Shown here in pieces: positions 17,743-27,466 of a DNA stretch of 64,000 nucleotides. Every line of letters starts with the position of its first letter. Positions within the stretch are counted from its first letter, which is position 1. The DNA comes from Firmicutes bacterium UBA2598. GTDB lineage: Bacteria; Bacillota; PH28-bin88. The position numbers and the translations under genes were made by a program. Under the pieces are notes generated by a model that saw only the letters and a list, made by a program, of their open reading frames with translations, was not told the DNA's origin and ran no database searches. The stretch lies in assembly GCA_002339345.1 (NCBI GenBank), contig DDKM01000069.1:21973-85972 (forward strand). Reading direction: 5' to 3'.

Positions 17743-19230
17743 ATGATTCATCCCGATTACAACACATATTTGCACCTTTTCCGGCCGGACGGTTTGGTTC
17801 CCCTCTGGATGGACCTGGTGGCGGATCTGGATACCCCTGTTTCCCTGTACCGGAAACTGTGTCCAGGCAGCAGCCATTCCTTTTTGCTGGAGAGCGTGAC
17901 CGGCGGTGACCAGGTGGCGCGCTACTCCTTCATCGGGCTGGAACCCATGGCGGTCATCACCAGTAGGGGCGGGGTAATTCAGACGAATCAGAACGGCCGC
18001 CGCCAGTGCGCACAGGGGCAACCCCTCGCCTACCTGTCCGAGCTTTTGACATCTTATCATGTGGAGCCCTTGCCGGGCCTACCCCGCTTCTTCGGCGGAG
18101 CGGTGGGTTATTACGGCTATGACCTCAGCCGGTGCCTGGAAAAACTGCCCCAGCTGGCCCCCGACGACCTCAACCTGCCGGAATGCTATGCCATCATCCC
18201 GCGCCTTTTATTGGCCTATGACCATGCCCAGCGCCGGCTGAAAATCATCGCCCTGATCCAGGCAGGGAAGGATCCCAGCCGCACCTACCGGGAGGGGGAG
18301 GATCTCATCCACCGGACGGTGGATCTCCTACACCGGCCCATCACCGCGGACAGTCCGGTTCTCCCCCTGGGCAAAGGCCCGGAACTGGGGAACAATTACG
18401 CAGTCTGCAATACCGACCAGGAGCGATTTATCCAAAATGTGCACCGGGCCCTGCAGTACATCCGGTCGGGAGATATTTTTCAGGTGGTGCTTTCACAACG
18501 GTGGCAGCGGCCTTATAGCGGCGATCCCTTTATGGTCTACCGCACCCTGCGGGCCATCAACCCATCGCCCTACATGTTCTATCTAAACTTCCCGGAGGTG
18601 CAACTGGTGGGCGCCTCACCGGAAATGCTGGTACGGGTGGAGGGTGGTGAGGTGAGATACCGGCCCATCGCAGGTACCCGCCCCAGGGGAGCCACAGATG
18701 AGGAGGACCTGCGGTTGGCCCGGGAGTTGGCTGCTGACCCCAAGGAGCAAGCGGAACATGTTATGCTGGTAGATTTGGGACGTAACGACCTGGGCAAGGT
18801 ATGTGCCTACGGGTCGGTGGAGGTACCCCGGTTCATGCAGGTGGAACACTACTCCCACGTCATGCATTTGGTATCAGATGTGACAGGCAAGCTGGCTCCG
18901 GGCCGGAATGCCCTGGACGCCCTGATGGCCTGCTTCCCAGCCGGCACCGTCACCGGTGCGCCCAAGGTGCGGGCCATGGAGATCATTGAAGAACTGGAGC
19001 CAACCCGCCGCGGACCCTACGCCGGTGCGGTGGGTTACCTGGGTTTCAACGGTAACATGGACACCTGTATCACCATTCGTACCATGGTCTTTCGAAATAA
19101 TCAGGCCTTTGTGCAGGCCGGAGCGGGTATTGTGGCAGACTCCCATCCGGAGCTGGAGCATCTGGAAACATGGAACAAGGCCCGGGCACTACTGGTGGCC
19201 CTGGCCCTGGCGGAGGAGGTGCAACGGTGA
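17743..19230 (+). CDS. trpE: Anthranilate synthase component I
   Basis: 495 aa with an AAGGAGG RBS. The conserved chorismate-binding region ([30 protein letters not shown]-like [18 protein letters not shown]) is present. Confidence 0.95.
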   Translation: MIHPDYNTYLHLFRPDGLVPLWMDLVADLDTPVSLYRKLCPGSSHSFLLESVTGGDQVARYSFIGLEPMAVITSRGGVIQTNQNGRRQCAQGQPLAYLSELLTSYHVEPLPGLPRFFGGAVGYYGYDLSRCLEKLPQLAPDDLNLPECYAIIPRLLLAYDHAQRRLKIIALIQAGKDPSRTYREGEDLIHRTVDLLHRPITADSPVLPLGKGPELGNNYAVCNTDQERFIQNVHRALQYIRSGDIFQVVLSQRWQRPYSGDPFMVYRTLRAINPSPYMFYLNFPEVQLVGASPEMLVRVEGGEVRYRPIAGTRPRGATDEEDLRLARELAADPKEQAEHVMLVDLGRNDLGKVCAYGSVEVPRFMQVEHYSHVMHLVSDVTGKLAPGRNALDALMACFPAGTVTGAPKVRAMEIIEELEPTRRGPYAGAVGYLGFNGNMDTCITIRTMVFRNNQAFVQAGAGIVADSHPELEHLETWNKARALLVALALAEEVQR

Positions 19231-19793
19231 TTGTTCTGATTGACAACTACGATTCCTTTACCTACAACCTGGAACAATACCTGGGTGAACTTGGCCAACA
19301 GGTAGCGGTTTACCGCAACGATGCCATTACGGTGCCGGAAATCCAGGCCATGGATCCCACCCACTTGGTGATCTCCCCCGGCCCCTGCACCCCCCTGGAA
19401 GCCGGCATCTCGGTGGAGTGCATCATCCGCCTGGCCGGCCGGGTACCCATTCTCGGTGTATGCCTGGGTCATCAGAGCATTGGCGCGGCCTTTGGCGGCC
19501 GGGTGGTCCGGGCCAGGGAACCGGTACACGGCAAGACTTCCCTGATTTATCACGACGGACAAGGGGTTTACACAGGCCTGCCGAACCCCTTTACCGCCAC
19601 CCGCTACCACTCTCTGGTACTGGACCCCTTCACCCTGCCCCCCTGCCTGGCGGTAACCGCCCGGACGGTGGACGGCACAATCATGGGCGTACGGCACAGG
19701 GAGTTACCCATCGAGGGAGTACAGTTCCACCCGGAGTCCATTCTTACCCAGGAGGGAAAACGCCTGCTGGCCAACTACCTTACCCAGAACTGA
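19227..19793 (+). CDS. trpG: Anthranilate synthase component II (glutamine amidotransferase)
   Basis: I prefer the GTG at 19227, which overlaps the trpE stop (GTGA) and has a GGAGGAGG RBS. The product begins [14 protein letters not shown] and carries the catalytic GVCLGHQ. Confidence 0.9.
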   Translation: MIVLIDNYDSFTYNLEQYLGELGQQVAVYRNDAITVPEIQAMDPTHLVISPGPCTPLEAGISVECIIRLAGRVPILGVCLGHQSIGAAFGGRVVRAREPVHGKTSLIYHDGQGVYTGLPNPFTATRYHSLVLDPFTLPPCLAVTARTVDGTIMGVRHRELPIEGVQFHPESILTQEGKRLLANYLTQN

Positions 19794-19859
19794 CTAATCT
19801 TTAAGGAAGGCATTGCCCTGATGGGACACAACTGGAAAATGAAAAAGGAGGAGAGCAGA

Positions 19860-20882
19860 GTGGAGTTGAGAAAAGCGCTGGCCCGGATTACCGCGGGCCA
19901 ACACCTGACCGAGGAAGAAGCCCTGGCGGTAATGGAGGAGATGATGACGGACAAAGCCACTCCAGCCCAGATCGGGGCTTTCCTGGTGGCCCTGAAAATG
20001 AAGGGGGAAACCGTAGAAGAAATCACCGGCATGGCCCGGGCCATGCGGGCCAAAGCCACCCCTTTGGAAACCGGCCTGCCCAATATCATGGATACCTGCG
20101 GCACTGGCGGGGATACCCGGAATACCTTCAACATTTCCACCACCGCCGCCTTTGTCATCGCAGGGGCTGGTGTGCCGGTAGCCAAACATGGAAACCGGGC
20201 AGTTTCCAGCCGTTGCGGCAGTGCCGACTTGCTGGAAGCCCTGGGTGTACCTATCTCCCTTTCCCCTGTTGACACCGCCAAGTGCCTTAAAGAGGTGGGA
20301 TTGGCATTCCTCTTTGCCCCCGTCTTCCATCAGTCCATGCGTTTTGCCGCCGCACCCCGCCGGGAGCTGGGACTGCGCACGGTTTTTAATATTTTGGGTC
20401 CCCTGACCAACCCCGCCGGAGCCACCTGCCAGGTATTGGGGGTTTATGACCACTCCCTGACAGGGGTAATGGCCTCTGTGCTAGGCCGGCTGGGCTGCCG
20501 TAGAGCCTTCGTCTGCCATGGGTATGACGGCACCGATGAGGTCTCCATTTCCGGCCCCACCCGGGTCTCCATGCTCCGGGAAGGTGAAGTGGTTACCTTC
20601 GATTTACACCCGGGTGATGCGGGGATTGCCACTGCAGACATGGAAACCATTCAAGGGGGCGGGCCGGAACAGAACGCCCGCATTACCATGAGCATCCTGG
20701 AAGGCCGCAAGGGGCCCTGCCGGGATGTGGTGGTGCTGAACGCCGGTCTCGGCCTAGTTGCCGCCGGCCTGGCGGAAAACCTGCGGGAAGGGGTGGATCT
20801 GGCCTGTTACAGCCTGGACAGCGGCAAGGCCCTGGGTAAACTGGAAGCCCTTGTAGCCTTCGGTAAGGGGTGTGCAGCATGA
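19860..20882 (+). CDS. trpD: Anthranilate phosphoribosyltransferase
   Basis: Contains the GTGGD motif (DTCGTGGDTRNTFNIST) and KHGNRAVSS. The ORF is open from 19821. I prefer the GTG at 19860 (AAGGAGGAG RBS, typical ~340 aa length), but the start remains uncertain. Confidence 0.88.
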   Translation: MELRKALARITAGQHLTEEEALAVMEEMMTDKATPAQIGAFLVALKMKGETVEEITGMARAMRAKATPLETGLPNIMDTCGTGGDTRNTFNISTTAAFVIAGAGVPVAKHGNRAVSSRCGSADLLEALGVPISLSPVDTAKCLKEVGLAFLFAPVFHQSMRFAAAPRRELGLRTVFNILGPLTNPAGATCQVLGVYDHSLTGVMASVLGRLGCRRAFVCHGYDGTDEVSISGPTRVSMLREGEVVTFDLHPGDAGIATADMETIQGGGPEQNARITMSILEGRKGPCRDVVVLNAGLGLVAAGLAENLREGVDLACYSLDSGKALGKLEALVAFGKGCAA

Positions 20883-21706
20883 TGTTAGAAAACATCCTAG
20901 CCCATAAAGAACAGGAAATTGCAAGGGCCATCAGCACCAACGCCATAGCACGATTGATGGAGGAAATCCGCAGCGCTCCTGCCCCGCGGGATATGCTGGC
21001 CTCCTTACGACAATCCACCCACAAACCGGCCCTGCTGGCGGAAATCAAACAGGCCTCCCCTTCCCGGGGTGTACTCAAAGAGGCGGCAACCTTTGACCCC
21101 GCAGCGCTGGCCGTCGCTTATACAGAGGCGGGAGCGGCTGCTTTGTCTGTACTGACCGACCACCGCTTTTTCGGCGGAAGCCTGGACCACCTTACCCAGG
21201 CCAGGGAGGCATCCCCCCTCCCCGTCCTCTGCAAGGACTTCTTCATCCATCCTCACCAGGTTTACGCGGCCAGGGCAGCCGGTGCGGATGCCATTTTATT
21301 GATCGCCAGGGTCCTGGCCCCCGCAAGGTTGACAGCCCTTTACCATCTGGCTTTAAACCTGGGTATGGCGGTTTTGGTGGAGGTGCACCGACCAGAGGAG
21401 GTGGGGCCTGTCCTGGACCTTAACCCTGCACTGGTGGGGATCAACAACCGCGACCTCAACAGTTTCCATACCGACCTCTCCACCACCGCCCGCCTGCGCC
21501 CGCTGATTCCTCCGGGACCGCTGGTGGTCAGCGCCAGTGGGGTATCCACTGGGGAGCATGTCCGGTACCTGACCGCCCAGGGTGTGGATGCACTGCTGGT
21601 GGGGGAGGCCCTCTCCACCTGCACCAACCCTGTCCAGCAGGTGCAACGGCTGTACGGGAAGGACAAGGAGGAATGCCTGGATGGACAAAGCCAGAATTTG
21701 GATTAA
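20879..21706 (+). CDS. trpC: Indole-3-glycerol phosphate synthase
   Basis: The ATG at 20879 overlaps the trpD stop (ATGA). Motifs LLAEIKQASPSRG, CKDFFI and EVH...INNRDL are typical of TrpC. Confidence 0.92.
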   Translation: MMLENILAHKEQEIARAISTNAIARLMEEIRSAPAPRDMLASLRQSTHKPALLAEIKQASPSRGVLKEAATFDPAALAVAYTEAGAAALSVLTDHRFFGGSLDHLTQAREASPLPVLCKDFFIHPHQVYAARAAGADAILLIARVLAPARLTALYHLALNLGMAVLVEVHRPEEVGPVLDLNPALVGINNRDLNSFHTDLSTTARLRPLIPPGPLVVSASGVSTGEHVRYLTAQGVDALLVGEALSTCTNPVQQVQRLYGKDKEECLDGQSQNLD

Positions 21707-22325
21707 AATCTGTGGCATTACATCTCTAACGGTGGCCAGGGCCGCAGTTGAAGCAGGGGTGGACGCCCTGGGTTTCGTTTTTGCCCCAAGCCCCCGACGG
21801 GTGGAACCGGAGCAGGCCCGGGACATTATTCAGGACCTGCCTGCCGGAATCCGCCGTGTGGGAGTGTTTGTGGACACCCCTCCGGCAGAAATGGCCAAGG
21901 TGGCGGAATATTGCGGGTTGGACACCATCCAGTTGCACGGGCAGGAACCGCCAGACCAGTGCCGGGTGGGTGATCTCCAGGTGATTAAAGCCTTCCGGGT
22001 GGCGGGTCCAGGTTTAAGCCAGGAAGTCATACCCTACCTGCCGGTAGTGGATGCCTTGCTTTTGGACACCCATCATCCTGCCAGTGCCGGTGGTACCGGT
22101 GTTACCTTTGACTGGTCCCTGGCCAGGGAGTTGCGGGATATAGACCGGCCATTAATCCTCGCCGGAGGACTCACCGCCGCCAACGTACAGGATGCCATCC
22201 GATGTGTACAACCCTTCGGAGTGGATATCAGTTCCGGTGTGGAAATAGCCGGCCGGAAAAATCCGGAACTGATCCGGCGCTTCGTCAAGGCGGCCAGAAC
22301 AGTACAACAAATAACCGCACCGTAA
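21681..22325 (+). CDS. trpF: Phosphoribosylanthranilate isomerase
   Basis: I prefer the ATG at 21681 (AAGGAGGAA RBS). The product begins MDKARIWIKICGITS and contains QLHG, which fits PRAI. It overlaps the trpC end. Confidence 0.9.
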   Translation: MDKARIWIKICGITSLTVARAAVEAGVDALGFVFAPSPRRVEPEQARDIIQDLPAGIRRVGVFVDTPPAEMAKVAEYCGLDTIQLHGQEPPDQCRVGDLQVIKAFRVAGPGLSQEVIPYLPVVDALLLDTHHPASAGGTGVTFDWSLARELRDIDRPLILAGGLTAANVQDAIRCVQPFGVDISSGVEIAGRKNPELIRRFVKAARTVQQITAP

Positions 22326-22337
22326 GGAGGAAAACCT

Positions 22338-23510
22338 ATGCTTCCAGATGAACAAGGCCGGTATGGGCCATACGGCGGCCGTTTCGTACCGGAGACGGTA
22401 ATTCCCGCCCTTGTGGAACTTGAACAGGCCTATAACGAGGCTGCCGCAGACCCAACCTTCCAAAGGGAAGTGGACTATTACCTGCAAAAGTATGTCGGCC
22501 GGGCCACCCCCCTGTATTTCGCTGAGAGACTGTCCGAATCCGCGGGAGGTGCCCGCATCTTTCTTAAGCGGGAAGACCTGAATCACACCGGTGCCCATAA
22601 AATCAATAACACCATCGGCCAGGTGCTGCTGGCCCGCCGGATGGGTAAAAAGAGGGTCATTGCTGAAACCGGGGCCGGCCAGCACGGGGTAGCCACCGCC
22701 ACCGCCGCCGCCCTTTTCGGCCTGGCATGCACCGTCTTTATGGGCGAAACGGATATCAGGCGCCAAAGCCTGAACGTCTACCGCATGGGCCTGCTGGGAG
22801 CGGAAGTGGTCCCGGTGACCAGCGGCACCCGCACCCTGAAGGATGCCACCAGTGCAGCATTACGGGAATGGGTGACCAGGGTCCGGGACACCTATTACGT
22901 CATCGGCTCCGTTGTAGGCCCACACCCTTACCCACGCATGGTCAGGGATTTTCAAGCGGTAATCGGCAGGGAGGTTCGCCAGCAAATGATGGAAATGTAC
23001 GGCCGCCTGCCGGACACGGTGGTGGCCTGTGTGGGCGGCGGCAGCAACGCCATGGGTATCTTCCATCCACTGCTGGCAGACCCGGTCAATCTGGTGGGTG
23101 TGGAAGCGGGAGGCCACGGGTTGGCCACCGGGAATCATGCTTCCACCCTCCAGTGCGGACAGCCCGGCGTGCTGCACGGATCCCTCTCTTACCTGCTGCA
23201 GGACAGTGACGGCCAGGTGCTGGAGGCCCACTCCATTTCCGCCGGCCTGGATTATCCAGGGGTAGGACCGGAACACAGCTACCTGAGGGATACCGGGCGG
23301 GTGCGATATACCGCCATTACCGATGCCGAGGCACTGGCGGCCTTTCACCAGTTGGCCCGCACCGAAGGCATTCTCCCCGCTCTGGAAAGCGCCCACGCGG
23401 TAGCCCAGGCCCTGAAGATGGCACCGGAACTTAACCAAGACCACCTCCTGGTGGTGTGCCTGTCCGGCCGGGGCGATAAGGATGTGGAGGTGGTGCAGTC
23501 ATGCGGGTAA
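22338..23510 (+). CDS. trpB: Tryptophan synthase beta chain
   Basis: 390 aa with an AGGAGGA RBS. Contains the PLP-lysine motif HTGAHKINN and GGGSNAMG. Confidence 0.96.
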   Translation: MLPDEQGRYGPYGGRFVPETVIPALVELEQAYNEAAADPTFQREVDYYLQKYVGRATPLYFAERLSESAGGARIFLKREDLNHTGAHKINNTIGQVLLARRMGKKRVIAETGAGQHGVATATAAALFGLACTVFMGETDIRRQSLNVYRMGLLGAEVVPVTSGTRTLKDATSAALREWVTRVRDTYYVIGSVVGPHPYPRMVRDFQAVIGREVRQQMMEMYGRLPDTVVACVGGGSNAMGIFHPLLADPVNLVGVEAGGHGLATGNHASTLQCGQPGVLHGSLSYLLQDSDGQVLEAHSISAGLDYPGVGPEHSYLRDTGRVRYTAITDAEALAAFHQLARTEGILPALESAHAVAQALKMAPELNQDHLLVVCLSGRGDKDVEVVQSCG

Positions 23511-24304
23511 AGCAGGTAATGGAAAGGCTAAGGAAAGATGGGCGTAAGGCTCTGATACCCTATCTGATGGCGGGAGACCCCTCCCCGGATTTCACCCACC
23601 GAGCGGTACTGGAACTGGCGGGTCTAGGCGCCGATATGGTGGAGCTGGGCATCCCCTTTTCCGACCCCATGGCGGACGGTCCGGAAATCCAGGCCGCCGC
23701 CCAGCGTGCCCTGTACGGAGGTACTACCGTGGCCACAGTTTTGGAACTGGTCAGGTCCATCCGGCAGGAAAGCGCCATTCCCCTGATCTTGATGGGCTAC
23801 TATAACCCTATCTTCCGCTACGGGCTGAAGGAGTTTGCCGGCACCGCAGCAGAAGCAGGGGTGGATGGGGTAATCGTGCCGGATCTGCCCTTGGAGGAAA
23901 GCTCTCCCCTGTTTGACCAGCTGACAAAGGTGGGCATTGACTTTATCCCCCTGGTTGCCCCCACCACCTCACCGGACCGGATGGCCCAAATAGGGCAAAG
24001 GGCGCCCGGCTTGATCTACTGCGTTTCCCGCACCGGTGTCACCGGTACCGGCGGGGAAACCGATGACAACCTTCCCGCTTACCTCAACACCGTGCGGCAG
24101 CAAACAAAACGCCCGACGGTGGTTGGTTTTGGCATCGATGGCCCCGCCAGGGCGGTAGCGGCTGCCCGCCATGCCGACGGTGTGGTGGTGGGCAGCGCCC
24201 TGGTGCGGTTTTTTGCTGGTGGAACCGGCAACCCTCTGGGCCAGGCAGGTGAACTGATCCAGACCATCCGGTCCGCCCTGGATGGAATGACCAGTACGGA
24301 ATAA
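23501..24304 (+). CDS. trpA: Tryptophan synthase alpha chain
   Basis: 267 aa overlapping the trpB end. [24 protein letters not shown] and GFGI are typical TrpA motifs. Confidence 0.95.
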   Translation: MRVKQVMERLRKDGRKALIPYLMAGDPSPDFTHRAVLELAGLGADMVELGIPFSDPMADGPEIQAAAQRALYGGTTVATVLELVRSIRQESAIPLILMGYYNPIFRYGLKEFAGTAAEAGVDGVIVPDLPLEESSPLFDQLTKVGIDFIPLVAPTTSPDRMAQIGQRAPGLIYCVSRTGVTGTGGETDDNLPAYLNTVRQQTKRPTVVGFGIDGPARAVAAARHADGVVVGSALVRFFAGGTGNPLGQAGELIQTIRSALDGMTSTE

Positions 24305-24417
24305 CGATTCCCGGCGGGGGTAAGCCCAACCATACCGATTGTGGCAGGAAGCCGTGCGAAAGGACTCCTTGACGAAATATGGGCCAAGGAAACTACCGGG
24401 ATTGCTCGGTTAAGGGA

Positions 24418-24704
24418 ATCGGGATAGGGGACAGCAAGTAGCCGCCGACCCTCCCACACCACCAGCAAGGGGGTCATACCCATGCGGTTCGTCAAGATTA
24501 ACGGACCACTAATCCATTCATCAAGGGAACCGGCAAGTATCTTCATATAGGCCAGGCGGAAGTAGTTCAGCCAGCCGATGATTACTTTATTCTACAGTAG
24601 GTCCCCGCACCTCACGGTGGACACCCTTGCCCTTGGCTAATGGTTCCCACTGCCAAGTCCATAGCGGGCTTTCACCGCCAAACTATCGCCCATGCCGGGC
24701 GCAC
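24418..24704 (-). mobile_element. Decayed, internally deleted group II intron (class C-like) relic
   Basis: The minus strand starts GTGCGCCCGGCATGGGCG...GGTGAAAGCCC...TTAGCCAAGGGCAAGGGTGTCC, a GUGYG 5' end with IIC-like domain I. It contains a maturase (domain X) remnant, KVIIGWLNYFRLAYMKILAGSLDEWI. This is followed by a D5-like GAACCGC...GGTGGTGTG and a D6-like helix with a bulged A 7 nt before the terminal GAT. At 287 nt it is far too short to be functional. Confidence 0.75.
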
Positions 24705-24711
24705 CGATAAT

Positions 24712-24747
24712 GGGAGGTACCCAACCGGGGTACCTCCCATTTGTTTG
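24712..24747. terminator. Strong hairpin: terminator for the plus-strand (trp) transcript and stem-loop flanking the 5' end of the IIC intron on the minus strand
   Basis: An 11-bp perfect stem GGGAGGTACCC/GGGTACCTCCC with a 5-nt loop, followed on the plus strand by ATTTGTTTG. It lies 10 nt beyond the stop of the minus-strand gene 24748..25374 and 7 nt before the intron's GTGCG on the minus strand. Confidence 0.7.
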
Positions 24748-25374
24748 CTAGTCGAGCAACTGCGGCGGGAAGGGCGGCCAGGTGGGGACGAAATCCGGGC
24801 ACTCGCCGGCCACTTCGCACTCTTCCGGTTCGGGACAAAAACCGTAGGCGGGAATTAACAACTGCACCTCCGCAAACAGTTTAAAGAGAATTAGTTTGCC
24901 GATACAGCACCGGACGGTGGTGGAGTCGATGAGGAAGCACTCCAGGCACTCCAGGAACACATCGCACTCCGGCTCCAGGCCCGCTTCACCGGCCCTGGCC
25001 AGGCGAACGGTAAACTCCTCCATGATGGGGTCACTGGTGAAGGTGTGGGTACCTGTGTCATCGGTCCAGCGGAAGGTGTAGCGCCAGAAAAATACCACCC
25101 GAACCCGGCGGCCGGCCAAGATTGTGCAGGTGGGGCCGGGGAAATAGGGCGGTGCATCCACTACCTCGGCGGATACGCATTCCACATCGGTAATGGTCCC
25201 GGTCGCCAGACCGGACAGGTCGGTTACCGGCTGGTTGACCTCGGTCAGCTTGCACTCCTCGTATACCTTTTTGGTTTTAATGCAGACGATCTCCGTTGGC
25301 GGAGGACACCCGTATACGGGATCACAAGGACCGGGTCCCACCTCCTGACGCATGTTCGATTTCTTTTTGTCCAC
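24748..25374 (-). CDS. Hypothetical Cys-rich protein (14 Cys; possible spore-coat-type structural protein)
   Basis: 208 aa with a GTG start and AAGGAGGG RBS. There is no signal peptide. It has many Cys residues in EC/CxxC-like contexts and I recognise no family. Confidence 0.7.
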   Translation of the reverse strand: MDKKKSNMRQEVGPGPCDPVYGCPPPTEIVCIKTKKVYEECKLTEVNQPVTDLSGLATGTITDVECVSAEVVDAPPYFPGPTCTILAGRRVRVVFFWRYTFRWTDDTGTHTFTSDPIMEEFTVRLARAGEAGLEPECDVFLECLECFLIDSTTVRCCIGKLILFKLFAEVQLLIPAYGFCPEPEECEVAGECPDFVPTWPPFPPQLLD

Positions 25375-25591
25375 TGTTGTTAGCCCTCCTTTTTTTTGGC
25401 GGTCGTCTCACCTCTGTTTTACGGTTATGGGGAGAGCCTAATCCCTGTTGCTACCACATTCTATGTATAAAATGGGGGATTGGTGTACGGTTTTGCCCAC
25501 TTCCGCAAAGAATGCTCATCCTTTTTTACGGAAGGGCATATAAATGTTATTGATTAAGCGGACAGGACCGTGACAAGGGAGGATTAGTCCC

Positions 25592-27310
25592 ATGTTTATT
25601 CAAACAGGCCAAGAAACGGGATGGTTCATCCGGCCAACATCGGCGGGACTGGAGCTAAAAAGCCTAGTGGGAGGAATGGCAGGTCAATCCATTACCCTTT
25701 CCTGCCCGGAAACCACCGGCTGGATAGCCGCCACTGATCCTTCCTCACTCATTCACCTGGTAGGGTCATCCCAGGCAGGCGGATTGGTGCACTGGTACGG
25801 GATAGAAGAAAACTGGCTGGAAAAGAGCCTTCCTCCAAGCCAGGGTCCTTGCAAAGTACTGGCAACCAACTGCCCATCGGAGCGATCCCTACAATTGTTG
25901 GTAGCTAAGGGGGAAGGGCACTCTCAGACATGGTCATTGGACTTCCTGGAATGGAAGGGTGGGCAGTGGTTGCCCCCGGTTGCTCTTCTGGGAAGTGAAA
26001 AGCATTGGCCAAGGGCAATGCCCTTTTTAGCCGGCAGTATTGATCCTAACGGAATGTGCCACCTGATGTACGCCTATCCGCGTGATGGCGGGGACTGGAT
26101 TTTGTACCACACCTACAGAAAACGCGACCAGGGCCCATGGGGCCGGCCCTTTTTGGTTAGCAGCAGCGCTTGTTCCTCCCCTGCCCCCACCATTTTGGCA
26201 GACAGCCTCGGCCACGTGCACCTGTTGTGGGTGGATAACGGGACGGGAGAGCTGAAATACAGGCAGCGGATGGCTGGCGGGTGGCCCCATGGGGGCTGGA
26301 TGGAGGAAAGGGTCCTGGTGGCCTGGAACCCTGATCTGCAGGCACCGGTGCTGTTGGTCCAAGGGGAAATGTGTTTGGTAGCCTGGCTGCACGGAACGGG
26401 GGTGTTGGGTACCCTTTCCCAGGACAATGGTAAGACCTGGGAACCTCCTTTGCCTTACCCTGCTGGTGAATGCAGGTGTTATCCCTTTAGTAGCGCAAGA
26501 ATACCCGGGTTACCTCAGGGAACCATGATTCTGGCGGAAAACCAGTCCCTTGCTGGCTTGATCACGCCATTGCTCTTTGCCAATCCGTCCCCCCTGCTGC
26601 TGGAGCCGGTAACCGCCCCCCCGAGAGACCTGCCACCGGCTAGCGAAGAGGTGAAATTGACCATCACCCCGGAATTGGAATTATTTATACAACAACACAA
26701 TGAATACCTGCAGCAGATGATGAAGCAGGTGGAGGAGCTGCGCACCGCCAACAGGCAGATGGAGCGTACCCTGCAGGAAAAAACACGGGAAGCCACACAT
26801 GCCCAGCAAGTAGCCAGGCAGCAGGAAGTACGTTTCCGCACCCTGCAGCAGCAGTACCAGGCCCAGTATGATACTTTAAAACTGATGGAAGCGAACCTCC
26901 AGCGGTTAAGCAGTGACAAGCATGGAGCGGAACTCCAAGCTAAAAAAGTGGCGGAGCAAGCGGAAGGACTGCGGGAGGAAATCAGGGTCATGGGGAACCT
27001 GTGCAAGGAAAAGGAGGTGGAAATCAGCAAGCTCCGCCGTCAATGCCAGGAGCAGGAAAGGGAATTAACCACCCTGCGAACCACCCAGCGGGAACAGGAA
27101 CGGGAGGTAGGTATCCTCAAGAAAGCCCTGGCGGACCAGGAAAACCGGGTAACAGCCCTGCTGACCCAAGTACAACAAAGGGAAGACACCATGGAAGCCA
27201 TGGGGCGCCAGATCAAGGAACTGGAGAGCGTCCTGCAGGCTACCCAGGCCCAACTAGCCCAGCGCAAGCCCGGATTGCTGGAAAGAATCGGACGAGTGAT
27301 CCAGCCCTAA
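25592..27310 (+). CDS. Hypothetical protein: N-terminal W-rich beta-propeller-like region with one BNR/Asp-box (SQDNGKTW) plus a ~230-aa C-terminal Q/E-rich coiled coil
   Basis: 572 aa with a GGGAGG RBS. The Asp-box motif S-x-D-x-G-x-T-W was seen once. The C-terminal heptad-like Q/E/R/L-rich sequence starts around residue 345. Confidence 0.75.
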   Translation: MFIQTGQETGWFIRPTSAGLELKSLVGGMAGQSITLSCPETTGWIAATDPSSLIHLVGSSQAGGLVHWYGIEENWLEKSLPPSQGPCKVLATNCPSERSLQLLVAKGEGHSQTWSLDFLEWKGGQWLPPVALLGSEKHWPRAMPFLAGSIDPNGMCHLMYAYPRDGGDWILYHTYRKRDQGPWGRPFLVSSSACSSPAPTILADSLGHVHLLWVDNGTGELKYRQRMAGGWPHGGWMEERVLVAWNPDLQAPVLLVQGEMCLVAWLHGTGVLGTLSQDNGKTWEPPLPYPAGECRCYPFSSARIPGLPQGTMILAENQSLAGLITPLLFANPSPLLLEPVTAPPRDLPPASEEVKLTITPELELFIQQHNEYLQQMMKQVEELRTANRQMERTLQEKTREATHAQQVARQQEVRFRTLQQQYQAQYDTLKLMEANLQRLSSDKHGAELQAKKVAEQAEGLREEIRVMGNLCKEKEVEISKLRRQCQEQERELTTLRTTQREQEREVGILKKALADQENRVTALLTQVQQREDTMEAMGRQIKELESVLQATQAQLAQRKPGLLERIGRVIQP

Positions 27311-27329
27311 CCATGATAGTGTAAATCAG

Positions 27330-27378
27330 ACCGCCGGCGGGACAAACGGGGATGTCCTGCCGGCGGTTTTCTATTTTG
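27330..27378 (+). terminator. Intrinsic terminator after the BNR/coiled-coil gene
   Basis: ACCGCCGGCGGGAC / GTCCTGCCGGCGGT stem (one mismatch) followed by TTTTCTATTTT. Confidence 0.8.
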
Positions 27379-27466
27379 GGTGAGCAAAACCGTCTACCGT
27401 CTTTGCCACATTGACCAGAAGCTGCTATATTTAGTAATAGCTCTTATTAAAGGGAGGTTGCCGTCT

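Noticed and set aside
17296-18060. 254-aa minus-strand ORF spanning the rmlD start, the trp leader and the trpE 5' end
   Set aside because: It is antisense to well-supported trpE and crosses a promoter/attenuator region. Its composition is Arg/Pro/Gly-rich, typical of a GC-rich antisense frame.
24079-24546. 155-aa minus-strand ORF (MKILAGSLDEWI...)
   Set aside because: The N-terminal part is a leftover maturase motif of the decayed group II intron. The remainder runs through intron D5/D6, the flanking sequence and antisense trpA. It is not an intact gene.
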